A DNA stretch of 63,705 bases, the filler included, from Welwitschia mirabilis (lineage: Eukaryota): assembly GCA_051453625.1 (NCBI GenBank). It is 8 parts of one record of this genome, joined end to end, with 100 filler letters (N's around TTAATTAATTAA, not from the genome) between each part and the next. Parts side by side here need not be neighbours in the genome. Positions count along the whole stretch, not along the records: positions 23,476 to 53,075 come from JBOZIK010000001.1; positions 53,176 to 56,227 come from JBOZIK010000001.1; positions 56,328 to 59,231 come from JBOZIK010000001.1; positions 59,332 to 60,921 come from JBOZIK010000001.1; positions 61,022 to 62,522 come from JBOZIK010000001.1; positions 62,623 to 63,705 come from JBOZIK010000001.1; 2 more parts are not named here. The stretch is one strand, 5' to 3'. Below the pieces are notes generated by a model. The model made no database searches. It was not told the DNA's origin and saw only the letters and a program-made list of their open reading frames with translations. Both the position numbers and the translations under genes were made by a program. Numbering within the stretch: the first letter of the stretch is position 1; every line of letters begins with the position of its first letter. Positions 49,732 to 63,705 of this stretch are shown in pieces.

Positions 49732-52700
49732 CACTACTAGAAATATAGGCTTTAAATGTGTTTATTTTATAAATGCCTTAAAGAAAGTTGATAAAAAAAA
49801 TTTTAAGGTGTGTTTTTAAACAAACACTTTACAAGGCCTTTTCAAATTTGTTTTAAGGCATTTATGGAAAAAAAGCATTAATAATAAGGTGTTTTTAAAG
49901 TATTTATCAAAATGAACATCACTACATTATTTTAAGCCTCTTATTACTCTTAAAAGATGTTTGAAAGTTTCTTTGGACGGTTTAGTTGCCATCAAGTTAA
50001 TCCCAGTTCATCTTCTACTAACAACATAAAGAAGATTGACAAGGCCATGGCTGATGAAAAGATGAGGTAATCCAAAAGAAAAGAAAAGACAAAATCAGGA
50101 GTGGCATCAATACTAGTCTCTTATTTATAGTGGGTTCAAATTTTTTAATATTATGAAGACTTTTGTGATTATGATTTATCACCTTCATTGCATTAATGGA
50201 TTCAATAAAAGATGAATAGAAAGAAACATCTTAATCCCAAAACCAAACTAGCAAGAATGCTCAAAGATTTTTATTCTTTATTTTTATGTAATCAATTTTA
50301 ATATTTCAAAGTGGATTCATGAAGCTCTTACTTGAAACATAAACAAGCAATCAAGTTGTTCTCTCACTATACAGGGTAGGGCAATTCTTTTGTTAACTGA
50401 AACTCCAAATCGTTAATAAATATTAATTTAAGCAGTTAATATTTTTTATTTGTAAGGCATCTAAAAGAAAATGTCTTAAATATTTTTTTATTTTGTAAGG
50501 CATTTAAAAGCCAAACACCTTAAAAGCATACTTAAATAAAAATTTAAAAAAAAAACTAATGGATATCTTTTGTTAAAACACATGTCTTCTATTAAATGGG
50601 TGTCATTCTATTAAAATGTACATCTAGCTTTGCTGCACTTCTCTTCTTTTTGAGAGAGCTCCATCCTTTCCTATGTTCACCTCACTGTGAAAATGGTATA
50701 TCCCTTTGTGTTTGAACTATGTCCTCTCTTAATGCTTTTTTCTCTCTATTTTACTTTCTCTTCTTCTATTAATCTAAAAAACCAAATACCTTTCTTCTTT
50801 CAGTGTAACACTTGGGAACCCCTTTATAAGCTTGTATCATACTACTCAAAAACAATAGGAGACATATTGTAAAGAAGTTAGCTAAAGAGTAACAAATGAA
50901 TATTTTCTAAATTGGAAGAATTTACAGGTATGTTTTCACATGTCATTTTTCCCCACCACAATTTATGTATAAGGAAGAGTTTGAACATTTTGATAACTAG
51001 GTTTGCATTATAACTTTAGCTTTTGAAAAAGTTTTCAATTGATTATATTGATTAACTATTTTTTGACTATCTGAAAGGTTTTAACTATTTTTCCTAATGT
51101 TTGCTTAGTATTAGGTAAATATCATAGGGTTTATTCTCTTCACTAGTTACCATGAAGGATGCAATATACCTTTCTTGAGATTTCTAGCTTTACTTGAACT
51201 TATGTCTAAAAATATTTGATCAATTTAAGGAATGTCTTTTAATAACTCCTATTTCAAGGCTATTAAACAAGAAGATAACCTTTTCATATTTTAAAACAAT
51301 TCATGTAGATGAAAATTTATGAATATGCATCATATTATACTAAGAGTTTTAGAGCAAGTTATGTTAATAGCACTAACCAGTCTATGGTTTTACCAATGGA
51401 TCTTACATTGAAACATTTAAGAGTACATTAGTAAGCTATTTTACATCCCAAAATGTATACATTAAAGCAGCCATTCTGAAGTAACCATTCTATAACATTA
51501 TGTAACCTAGGAATTTTGCTATGGGATTAAGTATCTAATTCTACATCTGCCTTTCATAACTTCCTTATGTTGAATAGGTTGATTAATTAAGAGTATTTTC
51601 TAATCAAGTCATTACAAAGGGATGTAATGTAAATGTTTTAATTACCTAATAAGCTATCTCAAACCTATTTTAATAGAAGAAAGTAAAAGGTGAAAAGAAT
51701 CTCTGTGAGTTGAAAAACATTCAATCTACTACTAACTTTTTTAAATAACACTCAAATTCTTTATGTAATTATATGTGTAGCTAGACTGTTTGTCCAAACA
51801 ATAAATCTAGTTTTAAGAGCCTAGAAACTTAGAGATTTCTTTCTAATAAAAGCAGTAAATGTTAACTTCTTTTAATAATCAAAGATTCATAATTACATAT
51901 GATGTTAGGATTAGGCTTTCGTGTTAATAATTTGATATTTTATCATTTTTTCTAACATGTATAATTATATAATAAATTGATAAAATGTAGACATCATGTA
52001 TGTTTTTCATAAGTATTCCTATTAGCTTGCTACTCAATTTAATATAGCTTACACTCTTACACAGTATAAGTCTAATGCACATTTAGACCCCAAACTCAAA
52101 CATGGTAGAATATCAAGAAAGATTGTAATTCTGATGTTAATATAGATTCTTCTTCCCAAATTTGAAATAAAATTGTTTTCACACATTTTTTAATCCCAAA
52201 TTATATTCTTATTCTATAATATTAATTTGATAAAGTGTAACTTGCTTATTATTCAGTTGTTTTTACATGCTGCTTATGTATCATTAATACTTATTAAATT
52301 CAGGTGCTACATTTAGAATTTACTGTTCATATAATTTCTTTTCATATTTTGCTTTGGGATATTAAAGAAAATGTAAATATGTAAGAGGCTTGATTAAGGA
52401 TAAAAGCATAGTTAAATAAGCTTTTAAAGTTTGTATAGTTGCTCAATTACTCTAGTTGTTCTTAACTCAGAAGTTGGAAATCTCTTTATTGAAAACTCAG
52501 GCCTAGTAAGGAAATGTCAATTACACATCCTTTTCTTGTTATTTTATAACTTGTAAATTTATTACACACTTTGAGACTTCATGTTAGGACATAGATATTT
52601 CTAAATCATTTACTTTAGGTTTTTTTGGTCTTCTCAACTTTATGATAAATATGAAAAAAATACAAACTTTAGGTGTTAAGCCCTTTAAGACTTGTGACCT

Positions 52701-53075
52701 TTTCATTTAGTTCATTGAAAATTGTAAATCATAGAATATGATGGCATAGGATACTTGGATTCTTTGAGAATAAAAGAAATATTATATTCTCCACCTTATC
52801 ACTATCTTGTTATTCCTAAAAAATATAAAATATTTTATTTTACAATATCTTTTTACTTTGGTAAACCTTATTTCATGCATTTTATCCCTTTCTGTTACAA
52901 TAAATATGCCTTCTTCCTTGGTCTTTGGGTAAGTGTCTTGTCAAACTAATCTTTTGTCACCTTTTAATGATAATGATTAATGTGTCACCAAATTGTATGT
53001 ATTTAATGGGGCTTTATGATTTATTTTATAGGACATTTATATAAGTTTAGATGTAATTCTGATGATTATGGAGAG
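49732..53075 (+). mobile_element. CACTA (En/Spm) DNA transposon, left end
   Basis: CACTACTAGAAA terminus followed by direct and inverted subterminal repeats AAA(C/T)(G/A)(C/T)CTTAAA / TTTAAGG(C/T)(A/G)TTT at ~49750-49985 and ~50450-50535. The right boundary is unknown and no transposase is recognised. Confidence 0.65.
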
Positions 53076-53175
53076 NNNNNNNNNNNNNNNNNNNNNNNNN
53101 NNNNNNNNNNNNNNNNNNNTTAATTAATTAANNNNNNNNNNNNNNNNNNNNNNNNNNNNNNNNNNNNNNNNNNNN

Positions 53176-56100
53176 ATATAAAAAGAAAATCAAGTTTTAT
53201 ATTAAAATAGTAACAACATCTAGGTTATAAAACATCTGGGTCTTAATGAAGGATACACAACCCTCTACCAAGTGCACGTCTTTCTGCAACACTCAAGATA
53301 GATCTCCCATCCTTCGACCTCCTGTCACGAGGATTTCTAATGCAATGAAGATAAGAAGGAGAGTTGAAGAGGGTCTTATTTATAAGAAAATATAACAGAA
53401 AAGGACAAACGATAGGTATGGAAAGGCACGCTCATTTACAACTAGAAATAGACAAAATGGTTAAGCGAATCTATCAGAGTTGGTTACATGTCAGTGTTAT
53501 CCAGGCTGTCATTTGGACAACAGTGGGGATGATAGTACATTATAGACTATTCTCAAAATGATGACTTGGCAGTGCATATCAGTAGTCATCGTCCTGCCTG
53601 TCAGGGATGATGAAGGGGACGATGGTCTTATTTGATTATTTTCTTAAAGAGAAACTTAGTATTTTTGTCATTAATTCTTCTTTAAAGATCTATGCATCAG
53701 AAAGTGCCTTTAATGCATCAAATTTGAATAAGAATCACACTTNNNNNNNNNNNNNNNNNNNNNNNNNNNNNNNNNNNNNNNNNNNNNNNNNNNNNNNNNN
53801 NNNNNNNNNNNNNNNNNNNNNNNNNNNNNNNNNNNNNNNNNNNNNNNNNNNNNNNNNNNNNNNNNNNNNNNNNNNNNNNNNNNNNNNNNNNNNNNNNNNN
53901 NNNNNNNNNNNNNNNNNNNNNNNNNNNNNNNNNNNNNNNNNNNNNNNNNNNNNNNNNNNNNNNNNNNNNNNNNNNNNNNNNNNNNNNNNNNNNNNNNNNN
54001 NNNNNNNNNNNNNNNNNNNNNNNNNNNNNNNNNNNNNNNNNNNNNNNNNNNNNNNNNNNNNNNNNNNNNNNNNNNNNNNNNNNNNNNNNNNNNNNNNNNN
54101 NNNNNNNNNNNNNNNNNNNNNNNNNNNNNNNNNNNNNNNNNNNNNNNNNNNNNNNNNNNNNNNNNNNNNNNNNNNNNNNNNNNNNNNNNNNNNNNNNNNN
54201 NNNNNNNNNNNNNNNNNNNNNNNNNNNNNNNNNNNNNNNNNNNNNNNNNNNNNNNNNNNNNNNNNNNNNNNNNNNNNNNNNNNNNNNNNNNNNNNNNNNN
54301 NNNNNNNNNNNNNNNNNNNNNNNNNNNNNNNNNNNNNNNNNNNNNNNNNNNNNNNNNNNNNNNNNNNNNNNNNNNNNNNNNNNNNNNNNNNNNNNNNNNN
54401 NNNNNNNNNNNNNNNNNNNNNNNNNNNNNNNNNNNNNNNNNNNNNNNNNNNNNNNNNNNNNNNNNNNNNNNNNNNNNNNNNNNNNNNNNNNNNNNNNNNN
54501 NNNNNNNNNNNNNNNNNNNNNNNNNNNNNNNNNNNNNNNNNNNNNNNNNNNNNNNNNNNNNNNNNNNNNNNNNNNNNNNNNNNNNNNNNNNNNNNNNNNN
54601 NNNNNNNNNNNNNNNNNNNNNNNNNNNNNNNNNNNNNNNNNNNNNNNNNNNNNNNNNNTAAATAAAAGATAGCTCACTGATATGATATTTTAACCTAGTA
54701 GACTCTCATGAAAGTAATCATAACATTACTTGATGCGAAAAATGCATGACTTAATGTACAAAAATTCCATTCGAGAAGGTAGTGATTATAACGATGCTAG
54801 AGTAAAATGCTTTAAACAATGAATGATCAGATCAAAGAATTAATCAAAAATGAATTCTCCTATCATCATCTCAAAACAAACACCCAAATCTCAAGAAATG
54901 AAATGATTAAGTGGAAAGACTAAGAGCCTAGGAAACAAGAAATGCTTCTGATGACATCAGTAAAATCACTAATCCCATAGACTTAAAGTTNNNNNNNNNN
55001 TATTATCCATGGTGAGGGGAGTGCAACCACAATTAGAGAAGTAAGGACCTATAAAGCATGGCTAACTGATCTCCCAAAAGAGTTTCCATAGCTATCATAT
55101 TACATTGGCAAAGGCTCCTCTCAAAAATATTTACCTCAGTGTACTTGCGGTAGGACATCATGGTGACCATGTTTTTGAGATATCACATATAAAACATCAT
55201 GATCTTTATTTCACACTCTTTTTATTCATTATAAAAACAAAATAACATTTCACATGACCAAATACTTCAAAAGACAAAGGTAAAAGTTGTAAGATTGAGA
55301 CAGAAAAGNNNNNNNNNNNNNNNNNNNNNNNNNNNNNNNNNNNNNNNNNNNNNNNNNNNNNNNNNNNNNNNNNNNNNNNNNNNNNNNNNNNNNNNNNNNN
55401 NNNNNNNNNNNNNNNNNNNNNNNNNNNNNNNNNNNNNNNNNNNNNNNNNNNNNNNNNNNNNNNNNNNNNNNNNNNNAAATCATGTTTGCAGATGATCAAG
55501 TAATGACATAATAATATTTCAAAGGAAAAAGTTAAGAGAAAATTTAGACAATTTTGCTCATGTAATTCCAATTTTTTCCCATCAACTTCCTACAAATCTC
55601 AAGCAGTCAAGTTAAAAATCTTAATAGAGCCATAAAAATGTATTTTCTTAAATGACAGAAAATAAAAATCAATATTTTATTGACTATCATCTTGCTCATC
55701 GTCTAAACAACATAGAGGACAATAGAGGCAGAAAAATAGAAGTTTATTAGAAAACACAGAAAAATATCAGAAAGATAGAAAAATCAATAAGATCAACTGT
55801 CGTCCACCTTATTATGAGTACGACATAGAAGACGATAGATTATTATTGTAGAAACAGAAAATAGAAACTACAAACAGAAACAAAAATTGAAAATAAAAAA
55901 TGAAAATAAATACTCTCAAAATAAACAACTAAAAATAAAATTTCAAGGAAAGCAAAATTTTATTCAAATCCTAAATCTAAAGCACACTTTTATTGAAAAA
56001 GAAAGAAGGAAAAACTAAGGATATGTTTTGGTTTCAAGATTTTTAGATAAATAAGGTCCAAACCAAAAATTTGCCAATTGATAAAACATAAGAGATGTGC

Positions 56101-56227
56101 AATTATTTCCTAGTAAAATCAATTGGATGATGAGAGGAGTAATGGAGAGCACTCTATGATGCCACATTAAAGCACAAATTTTGGAAGTCAAAGGGAAGAG
56201 AAATGGTAACTTTAATATAAAATTTTC
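53176..56227 (-). mobile_element. Family A-related fragment (LTR part 53176-53742, 3' non-coding region)
   Basis: The LTR part is similar to 23476-23700, 54740-55170 is similar to 25560-25930, and GTCRTC-type hairpin motifs are present. Confidence 0.7.
55007..55162 (-). other. Conserved non-coding island, copy 4
   Basis: Reverse complement is colinear with 41-197. Confidence 0.75.
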
Positions 56228-56327
56228 NNNNNNNNNNNNNNNNNNNNNNNNNNNNNNNNNNNNNNNNNNNNTTAATTAATTAANNNNNNNNNNNNNNNNN
56301 NNNNNNNNNNNNNNNNNNNNNNNNNNN

Positions 56328-59231
56328 CAGATGATTATCAAAGATAGGGTTTTCATTAAGCCGATTAAGCCATGGGATAGTAGTTTTATTTTGTGATGAC
56401 TTTTTCTTTTATTACTAAGAGAAGAAGGAAAGGAATGGTTTTCTAAGATTTCTATGTCTTCTTCCTCATCATTTTTGTTATTTTGGGAAGTTGAAGCCTC
56501 ATGAGTAGGTGGAGTTATATTGGTTCCACTCCTTGTCACCACTTTACAATCTTTTCATACCTCATTAGGGTTTGGTAAAGGTTGAGTGGCAAGGGTTTAT
56601 TGTGGTCTTTGGTTTGTAAGCATAGTTTGTTGTAAGATGTTCACAAGATTTTTTATGATTGTGTTTGTCTTTNNNNNNNNNNNNNNNNNNNNNNNNNNNN
56701 NNNNNNNNNNNNNNNNNNNNNNNNNNNNNNNNNNNNNNNNNNNNNNNNNNNNNNNNNNNNNNNNNNNNNNNNGTTGTAAGATGTTCACAAGATTTTTTAT
56801 GATTGTGTTTGTCTTTTCTTGAGTTTTTCTTAGCTCCTCGATAGAATTCCTAAAAGGATCACTATGGTTTTGGGAGTTGGAATGGCTTGCCATGTTATTT
56901 TAATAGTTGGATTAAAAGTTTTGATGTTCAAATCTATTTCAGTAAGGTTGGGAGTTAGGATGATGTGTTTAAAAATTGTTAGGTTATTCATTCATCCTAT
57001 GTTGAAAATTGTAATTAGGGACTTGTCTTTGGTTATAATTTTGATTGTAGTTGGAGGGCCCTTGGTTCAATGCATGTACTTCTTCATAAATTCTTTCTTT
57101 GCTAGTGGGAAGNNNNNNNNNNAAACTTTTGTAATGTGTTAACTATCTTCGCATAAGTCATAAGTTGGAACAATAAGTTGACTCCTCTCAGTTGCCACTT
57201 TAGCATTAAGGATCGTCTGAGTGTATTTCTCTAAAGTAGAAGTAAAATCCTTAATGATGCTAGTTCGTTCATATTCTATTTTGGTTTTAGTTTTCTCATG
57301 TTTAACTTCTTTGAGGTCTTTTATGGTTTGGCCTACTGTTCTATTTTCTTTAATGGAGGGCTTTGGCTAAGTTTGACTTACTTCGACTAAATCTTCTAAT
57401 ATCTTCCAAGCATCTTCTAGAGTTTGGTTTAAGAGATTGCCTCCACAAGAGAAATCTACAAGTNNNNNNNNNNNNNNNNNNNNNNNNNNNNNNNNNNNNN
57501 NNNNNNNNNNNNNNNNNNNNNNNNNNNNNNNNNNNNNNNNNNNNNNNNNNNNNNNNNNNNNNNNNNNNNNNNNNNNNNNNNNNNNNNNNNNNNNNNNGAA
57601 GTTTGTAATTTATTTCTTACATTTCTGGATGGTGGTTTCATTCATAAATCTTTTGATAAAGGCTTATTGAGCTTGGCTCCAAGATTTTAGACTCTTATGG
57701 GGTATCGTTCTAAGCCAGATTTTAGCCTTATCTCGTAGTGTGAAGGGAAAAATAACTATGTAGGTTCTATCAGTTATGCGCTTTTTACTGTTTTCGGAAG
57801 TTAGAATGAGTTGTTCAATTTCAGCGGTATTATAGGGGGGTCTTCATCAGGGTCTCCTCTAAAGATAGGATAAGCATTCAGGTTTTTTAGTTCCNNNNNN
57901 NNNNNNNNNNNNNNNNNNNNNNNNNNNNNNNNNNNNNNNNNNNNNNNNNNNNNNNNNNNNNNNNNNNNNNNNNNNNNNNNNNNNNNNNNNNNNNNNNNNN
58001 NNNNNNNNNNNNNNNNNNNNNNNNNNNNNNNNNNNNNNNNNNNNNNNNNNNNNNNNNNNNNNNNNNNNNNNNNNNNNNNNNNNNNNNNNNNNNNNNNNNN
58101 NNNNNNNNNNNNNNNNNNNNNNNNNNNNNNNNNNNNNNNNNNNNNNNNNNNNNNNNNNNNNNNNNNNNNNNNNNNNNNNNNNNNNNNNNNNNNNNNNNNN
58201 NNNNNNNNNNNNNNNNNNNNNNNNNNNNNNNNNNNNNNNNNNNNNNNNNNNNNNNNNNNNNNNNNNNNNNNNNNNNNNNNNNNNNNNNNNNNNNNNNNNN
58301 NNNNNNNNNNNNNNNNNNNNNNNNNNNNNNNNNNNNNNNNNNNNNNNNNNNNNNNNNNNNNNNNNNNNNNNNNNNNNNNNNNNNNNNNNNNNNNNNNNNN
58401 NNNNNNNNNNNNNNNNNNNNNNNNNNNNNNNNNNNNNNNNNNNNNNNNNNNNNNNNNNNNNNNNNNNNNNNNNNNNNNNNNNNNNNNNNNNNNNNNNNNN
58501 NNNNNNNNNNNNNNNNNNNNNNNNNNNNNNNNNNNNNNNNNNNNNNNNNNNNNNNNNNNNNNNNNNNNNNNNNNNNNNNNNNNNNNNNNNNNNNNNNNNN
58601 NNNNNNNNNNNNNNNNNNNNNNNNNNNNNNNNNNNNNNNNNNNNNNNNNNNNNNNNNNNNNNNNNAATATTTTCTACAATGAACTGCCTCTCTCTCTGGT
58701 ATTTTTTTGCCTTTCCCTATTTTTATCGTTCAGTTTCAGGTTCCCAAGAGGTGTTGTCCTGTATGTCATCTGGATGATAACCTAGATGATAGAGATAGAA
58801 AACACAGACAACCATAAAATTGAGGGAAAGCAGAAAAGGGAATAGTCATTCGACTATGATGTCTAGACGATGAAGGGGACATCAGAGGTTTAGTTAAAAG
58901 TTAAAACTAAAATAAACTACTTACAGAGGATACTGGTACACTGATGCTGTAGCANNNNNNNNNNNNNNNNNNNAAAGCAATGATAACTCTTGATTTCCAA
59001 GCATCCTTCCCAGACAACGGTGCTAATTTATTATGGTGTGTATTTATGCAATGTTTCACTCTTCAATCTCAATCCTATTAATTACAAATAAGATGCAAAA
59101 TATAGCATGCTAGTATAGTCGAGAGTAAACCGAATGTCATAATTCCGTTGAAGGCCAAGGGTATGGATAATAAAGAGTTAATTTTGAGAAAAAAATGTGT
59201 AATTCTAATCTACTGAAATAAATTGCAATGC
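56328..59231 (-). mobile_element. Family A element 5' part (LTR end ~59029-59231, PBS 59008-59025, UTR, gag 56328-57894)
   Basis: Closely colinear with 27070-29320; PBS TAGCACCGTTGTCTGGGA. Confidence 0.88.
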
Positions 59232-59331
59232 NNNNNNNNNNNNNNNNNNNNNNNNNNNNNNNNNNNNNNNNNNNNTTAATTAATTAANNNNNNNNNNNNN
59301 NNNNNNNNNNNNNNNNNNNNNNNNNNNNNNN

Positions 59332-60921
59332 CTATGGAAAGACATAATAAGAAGGAAATAAAAATGAACCATCCCTAGTAAAGTCTTCCTAGCTTAATCT
59401 GTTAGCAAGTTGGTATACCAAAAATGTCCAAAGTCTAAAGATCTAGGGGTGGCAACTGTGTGTATTACTTTAGAGGAAAACTATAGAATTAAGAAAGCCT
59501 TGATTGATATAGGAGTTAGTGTCAACATTATACCCTTGTACACTTGTTAACATCTTGGTTTAGAAGAAAGAACAGAGCCTACATGCATTATCTTGAAGTT
59601 AGCCAATACATCTATGAAGAAACTCTTAGGCGTGATCAAGGAATTGGTCATTTAGATAGAGGAAGCCTNNNNNNNNNNNNNNNNNNNNNNNNNNNNNNNN
59701 NNNNNNNNNNNNNNNNNNNNNNNNNNNNNNNNNNNNNNNNNNNNNNNNNNNNNNNNNNNNNNNNNNNNTAGAAGAAAGAACAGAGCCTACATGCATTATC
59801 TTGAAGTTAGCCAATACATCTATGAAGAAACTATTAGGCGTGATCAAGGAATTGGTCATTTAGATAGAGGAAGCCTTATATCCTATAGATGTAGTTCTTT
59901 TAGAAGTTGAGCACCATAGTGGATATCCCCTACTTCTAGGTAGAGCTTTCTGTGCAATCACCCATTGCATCATAGATATAAGAACTAGATTAATGAAATT
60001 CCATTGTAGGAATAAATAGTTTTCGATAAGAGTGTTTGATGCGACCAAAAAAGATTTAGGAAACAATTTGAGTTTTGAGGAAGAAATAAAACCAACCTTA
60101 TTTTTATAGCACTGTCCACTTAAGGAGAGATGGTTCATGCTTCATGAGCCAACCTTGTTTGATGATAAATCAGAAGTAGACTACCTTTATTTGCTTAACG
60201 ATCAACTTAAGTTTAACCATTTGCCAACTAAGTTTTTTGATCTGGGGAGTAGTGAGTCTAAGTTTGTAAACTGTTCTGAAGTCCAATAAATTGAAAACCA
60301 CGAGAATTCTTGTTTTAAGATCAATTGTCCACTCTTGATGTCCAAACAATAATTTGAGATGACGATAAACTTCTCTAAAAATTTTCCTAAATCCAAAAGT
60401 CTGAACCTAAACCTGAANNNNNNNNNNNNNNNNNNNNNNNNNNNNNNNNNNNNNNNNNNNNNNNNNNNNNNNNNNNNNNNNNNNNNNNNNNNNNNNNNNN
60501 NNNNNNNNNNNNNNNNNTAAATTAGAAGTAGACTACCTTTATTTGCTTAATGATCAACTTGAGTTTGACCATTTGCCAACTAAGTTTTTTGATCTAGGGA
60601 GTAGTGAGTCTAAGTTTGTAAACTGTTCTGAAGTCTAATAAATTGAAAACCATGAGAATTCTTGTTTTAAGATCAATTGTCCACTCTTGATGTCTGAACA
60701 ATAATTTAAGATGACGATAAACTTCTCTAAAAATTTTCCTAAAGCCAAAAGTCTGAACCTAAACTTAAACTTGAAATCCTTAGATAGTGGACTGAAGTAC
60801 ATTTTTCTAAATAAAGATTTGAATAAACCATTAATTATTAACAAAAACCTTTTACCTCAATAAGAATCAAATCTCATCTCTCTTTTAGAATCAAAGGTTC
60901 ATGCATTTGCTTGGTCCCATA
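59332..60921 (+). pseudogene. pol: Family A protease and PR-RT linker
   Basis: LIDIGVSVNII; YPIDVVLLEVEHHSGYPLLLGR; LKSLDSGLKYIFL...KPLIINKNL...VHAFAW. Matches the reverse complement of 26400-27000. Confidence 0.85.
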
Positions 60922-61021
60922 NNNNNNNNNNNNNNNNNNNNNNNNNNNNNNNNNNNNNNNNNNNNTTAATTAATTAANNNNNNNNNNNNNNNNNNNNNNN
61001 NNNNNNNNNNNNNNNNNNNNN

Positions 61022-61452
61022 CTTTGTAACACAGATGTGGTGTGATTTCTAATATAAAACATTTCTTTTTATGCTCTAATGTATAAATGATCTTCTTCCT
61101 TATAGCTTATGTTACTTGAAATCCAGTGACAGTTTCTCTTGTGCTATAGGTTATAAGGAAAACCTTTGTTAAGGTTGTGCTCGGATAGTTTAGGTTTATT
61201 ATTATTTCTTTTTCCTAGATTATCCTTGCACAAGTGTGTTTTATTTCATTTTTATGCATTGCAAGTTATTTCTGTAGGTTAAGTTATAGTATTTCTCCTT
61301 TGAAAGCAACTCTCTTATTTTTATATTTTGGCCTTTGATAGATTACGATATTCGAGTCACTCCTGTCTATATTAGTATGTTGTGTTTGTACATATTATTT
61401 GTTATTAATAGGATTCTACTTAGGACTTAAACATTGCATAAATACGCACCGC
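61022..61452 (+). repeat. Family A LTR, 3' portion
   Basis: Colinear with ~2200-2627; ends ACATTGCATAAATACGCACCGC. Confidence 0.75.
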
Positions 61453-62070
61453 AAAGTACACAAACTTTACAATAAATGTTACCATAGCATAATTTGCATA
61501 TAATCGTGGGATGATCAACCTATATCATTAATGACATAGTATTTCCTGCTTAAATACTTCAAACCATCTCCGATAAATGTTAAGCAATGGATGCATTTGT
61601 GAAAAAAGTTATCCATCTATGGGGAAGAAAGGCTAATCTTCACATTGAACGATTACCCAAAATACAAGTCTTACATGGTATCAATATTTTAGAAATTCTC
61701 AACAAAGAGTACACTGTCACATAAAAGATTAAATGACTACAATATATTATGTAATGCCATTAACCCCAACATCAGCAAGAGTCATTGTGAAACTTGTCTT
61801 GTAAAATAACTTAGTGCTNNNNNNNNNNNNNNNNNNNNNNNNNNNNNNNNNNNNNNNNNNNNNNNNNNNNNNNNNNNNNNNNNNNNNNNNNNNNNNNNNN
61901 NNNNNNNNNNNNNNNNNNNNNNNNNNNNNNNNNNNNNNNNNNNNNNNNNNNNNNNNNNNNNNNNNNNNNNNNNNNNNNNNNNNNNNNNNNNNNNNNNNNN
62001 NNNNNNNNNNNNNNNNNNNNNNNNNNNNNNNNNNNNNNGAGTTATTAAAAATAAAATAATATTTAGTTAC

Positions 62071-62310
62071 CTCCTTAACATATTGTAAAGGCCATGTAAT
62101 AAGCTCTCCTTTTGCCTCCTTCAGTGTGATCATATCCTTTGCTTGCACTATTAATGATGTTCAGGGATTTTTCACTACTTCCACAGAAACTGCAAGAAAT
62201 CCTTTTTTTAAGCTTTCATTATTAACCATAAATTTGAAATCCCTCCGCACAATTACTCCTTTGCTATCAATTTATTGTACATATTCAGCAACTAATAACA
62301 TGACATGATG
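62071..62310 (-). pseudogene. Probable CACTA TnpA/TNP1-type C-terminal domain exon remnant
   Basis: KGVIVRRD...KKGFLAVSVEVVKNP*TSLIVQAKDMITLKEAKGELITWPLQYVKE, then a GTAAC splice-donor-like site. The V.V..V...L...TL.EA.G..I.WP pattern is typical of En/Spm accessory proteins. Confidence 0.55.
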
Positions 62311-62622
62311 TCATCCTGGACAAAGAAGAAATACTTTTGTGATGCAACAAATAGCTTAAACCATTACTTAAATAAGGCAATATATGTTCAAACCTTTCGA
62401 TTATCAGTTTGCTTTGAACTTCTTAATCTATTTAGAGCTAAATTCATATTTAATTCCTCATCCCCAAGTTTAATTCCAAATGGTTCACCTTCATTGAACT
62501 AGAAAAATAAGAAAGTTATAAANNNNNNNNNNNNNNNNNNNNNNNNNNNNNNNNNNNNNNNNNNNNTTAATTAATTAANNNNNNNNNNNNNNNNNNNNNN
62601 NNNNNNNNNNNNNNNNNNNNNN

Positions 62623-63705
62623 AGCCAAGAAAAACACATTTTCTACCACATTCTTCCAGTTTTCCTATACCCTGCAAATGGACATACACCTCACATCCAA
62701 AAAGATACAACTAAGACAAAGAAAAAGAACTCCCACTCCAGACAGATTCTAGAATATCACCATCTAAGGCTGATTGAGTAGAACGGTTAATCAAATAAGT
62801 AGTTGTTCTAGCTGGTTCTGCCCAACACATCTTGGGTACACTAGATTGAACAAACATATATCTAATTCTATAAAGAACTATACGATTATATCTTTCTGCA
62901 AAACCGTTATTTTGTGGTGTTCCTGGTGGTGTTTTGGTGTGTACAATTCTAGCCTGCTTGCAAAATTCAGAAAACACATGAGAGGTGTATTCACCCTCGT
63001 TATCAGTGATAAGACACTTTATTTTACAGCCAGATTCATTTTCCAATCGGGCTATAAACTCCTTAAACTTTTCGAATGCTTGACTTTTAGAATGCATAAA
63101 ATAAATCCATGTCTTTCTGCTAAATCTATCAATAAATGAAATGAAATATGATGCACCCCCTAAAAACGTGACAAACATTGGACCAACAACATCGAGATAC
63201 ACCATCAAGTTTTCCTATGTCCCTATTCAAAACAGATTTCTTAAAAGCAACACGCTTATTTTTACCAACAGCACAATCATGACAGAAATCTATAGAAATT
63301 GAAAAAACCTTAGGTAATAGGTTCTTAAAAACAAGTACCTTCATTCTAGTTTCACTAAGGTGACCAAGTCTGCGATACCACAAAGAAACATCATCCTTTT
63401 AAATTGCAACAGCAATACATCTTCCAACTGCATGAGCTCTCAACGTATACAACGTCCCTTCTGTCTTACAATGCATTAGTGTCATCGCACCTTTGCTGAC
63501 TTTCCAGCTTCCATCAACATGAGTAATTTTACAACCCAAATCACCCAATTGTCCAGAAGAGATAAAGTTCTTTACCATACCTAGAACATGGTAAACGTCC
63601 CTCAAACTCACACTCTGTCCGTTACACTATCTCAAAATGACAGCACCAATTCCTTCAACAGTGTATGATCTATCATCCATTGTAGCAAGACTCGCCGACG
63701 CCGAG
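62623..63705 (-). pseudogene. pol: Ty1/copia (Tork/Tnt1-like) pol fragment: protease end, GAG-pre-integrase, integrase core
   Basis: LRDVYHV..MVKNFISSGQL; LWYRRLGHLSE..C..CAVGK; ASYFISFIDRFSRKTWIYFM; TDNEGEY; TPPGTPQNNGFAERYNR; WAE...YLINRS. Contains stops and a frameshift. Confidence 0.92.

Overview
Gene-free, very AT-rich plant (angiosperm-type) repeat DNA from a fragmented draft assembly. Seven 100-bp spacers (44 N + TTAATTAATTAA + 44 N) split the window into eight concatenated scaffolds, so neighbours across a spacer need not be adjacent in the genome. Most of the readable sequence is nested, heavily C>T/G>A-eroded transposon DNA. It contains three Ty3/gypsy Athila-like families (working labels A, B, C), one full-length SIRE-type Ty1/copia element with an env-like ORF, a Tork/Tnt1-like copia fragment and two CACTA remnants. 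I found no intact host gene, RNA gene or CRISPR array. The most interesting signal is a ~155-nt GC-richer island present four times in the 3' non-coding region of two otherwise unrelated gypsy families. Its putative base pairs are retained across copies, making it a candidate structured, pseudoknotted RNA element. All coordinates and lineage calls were made by eye, without alignment or database searches.
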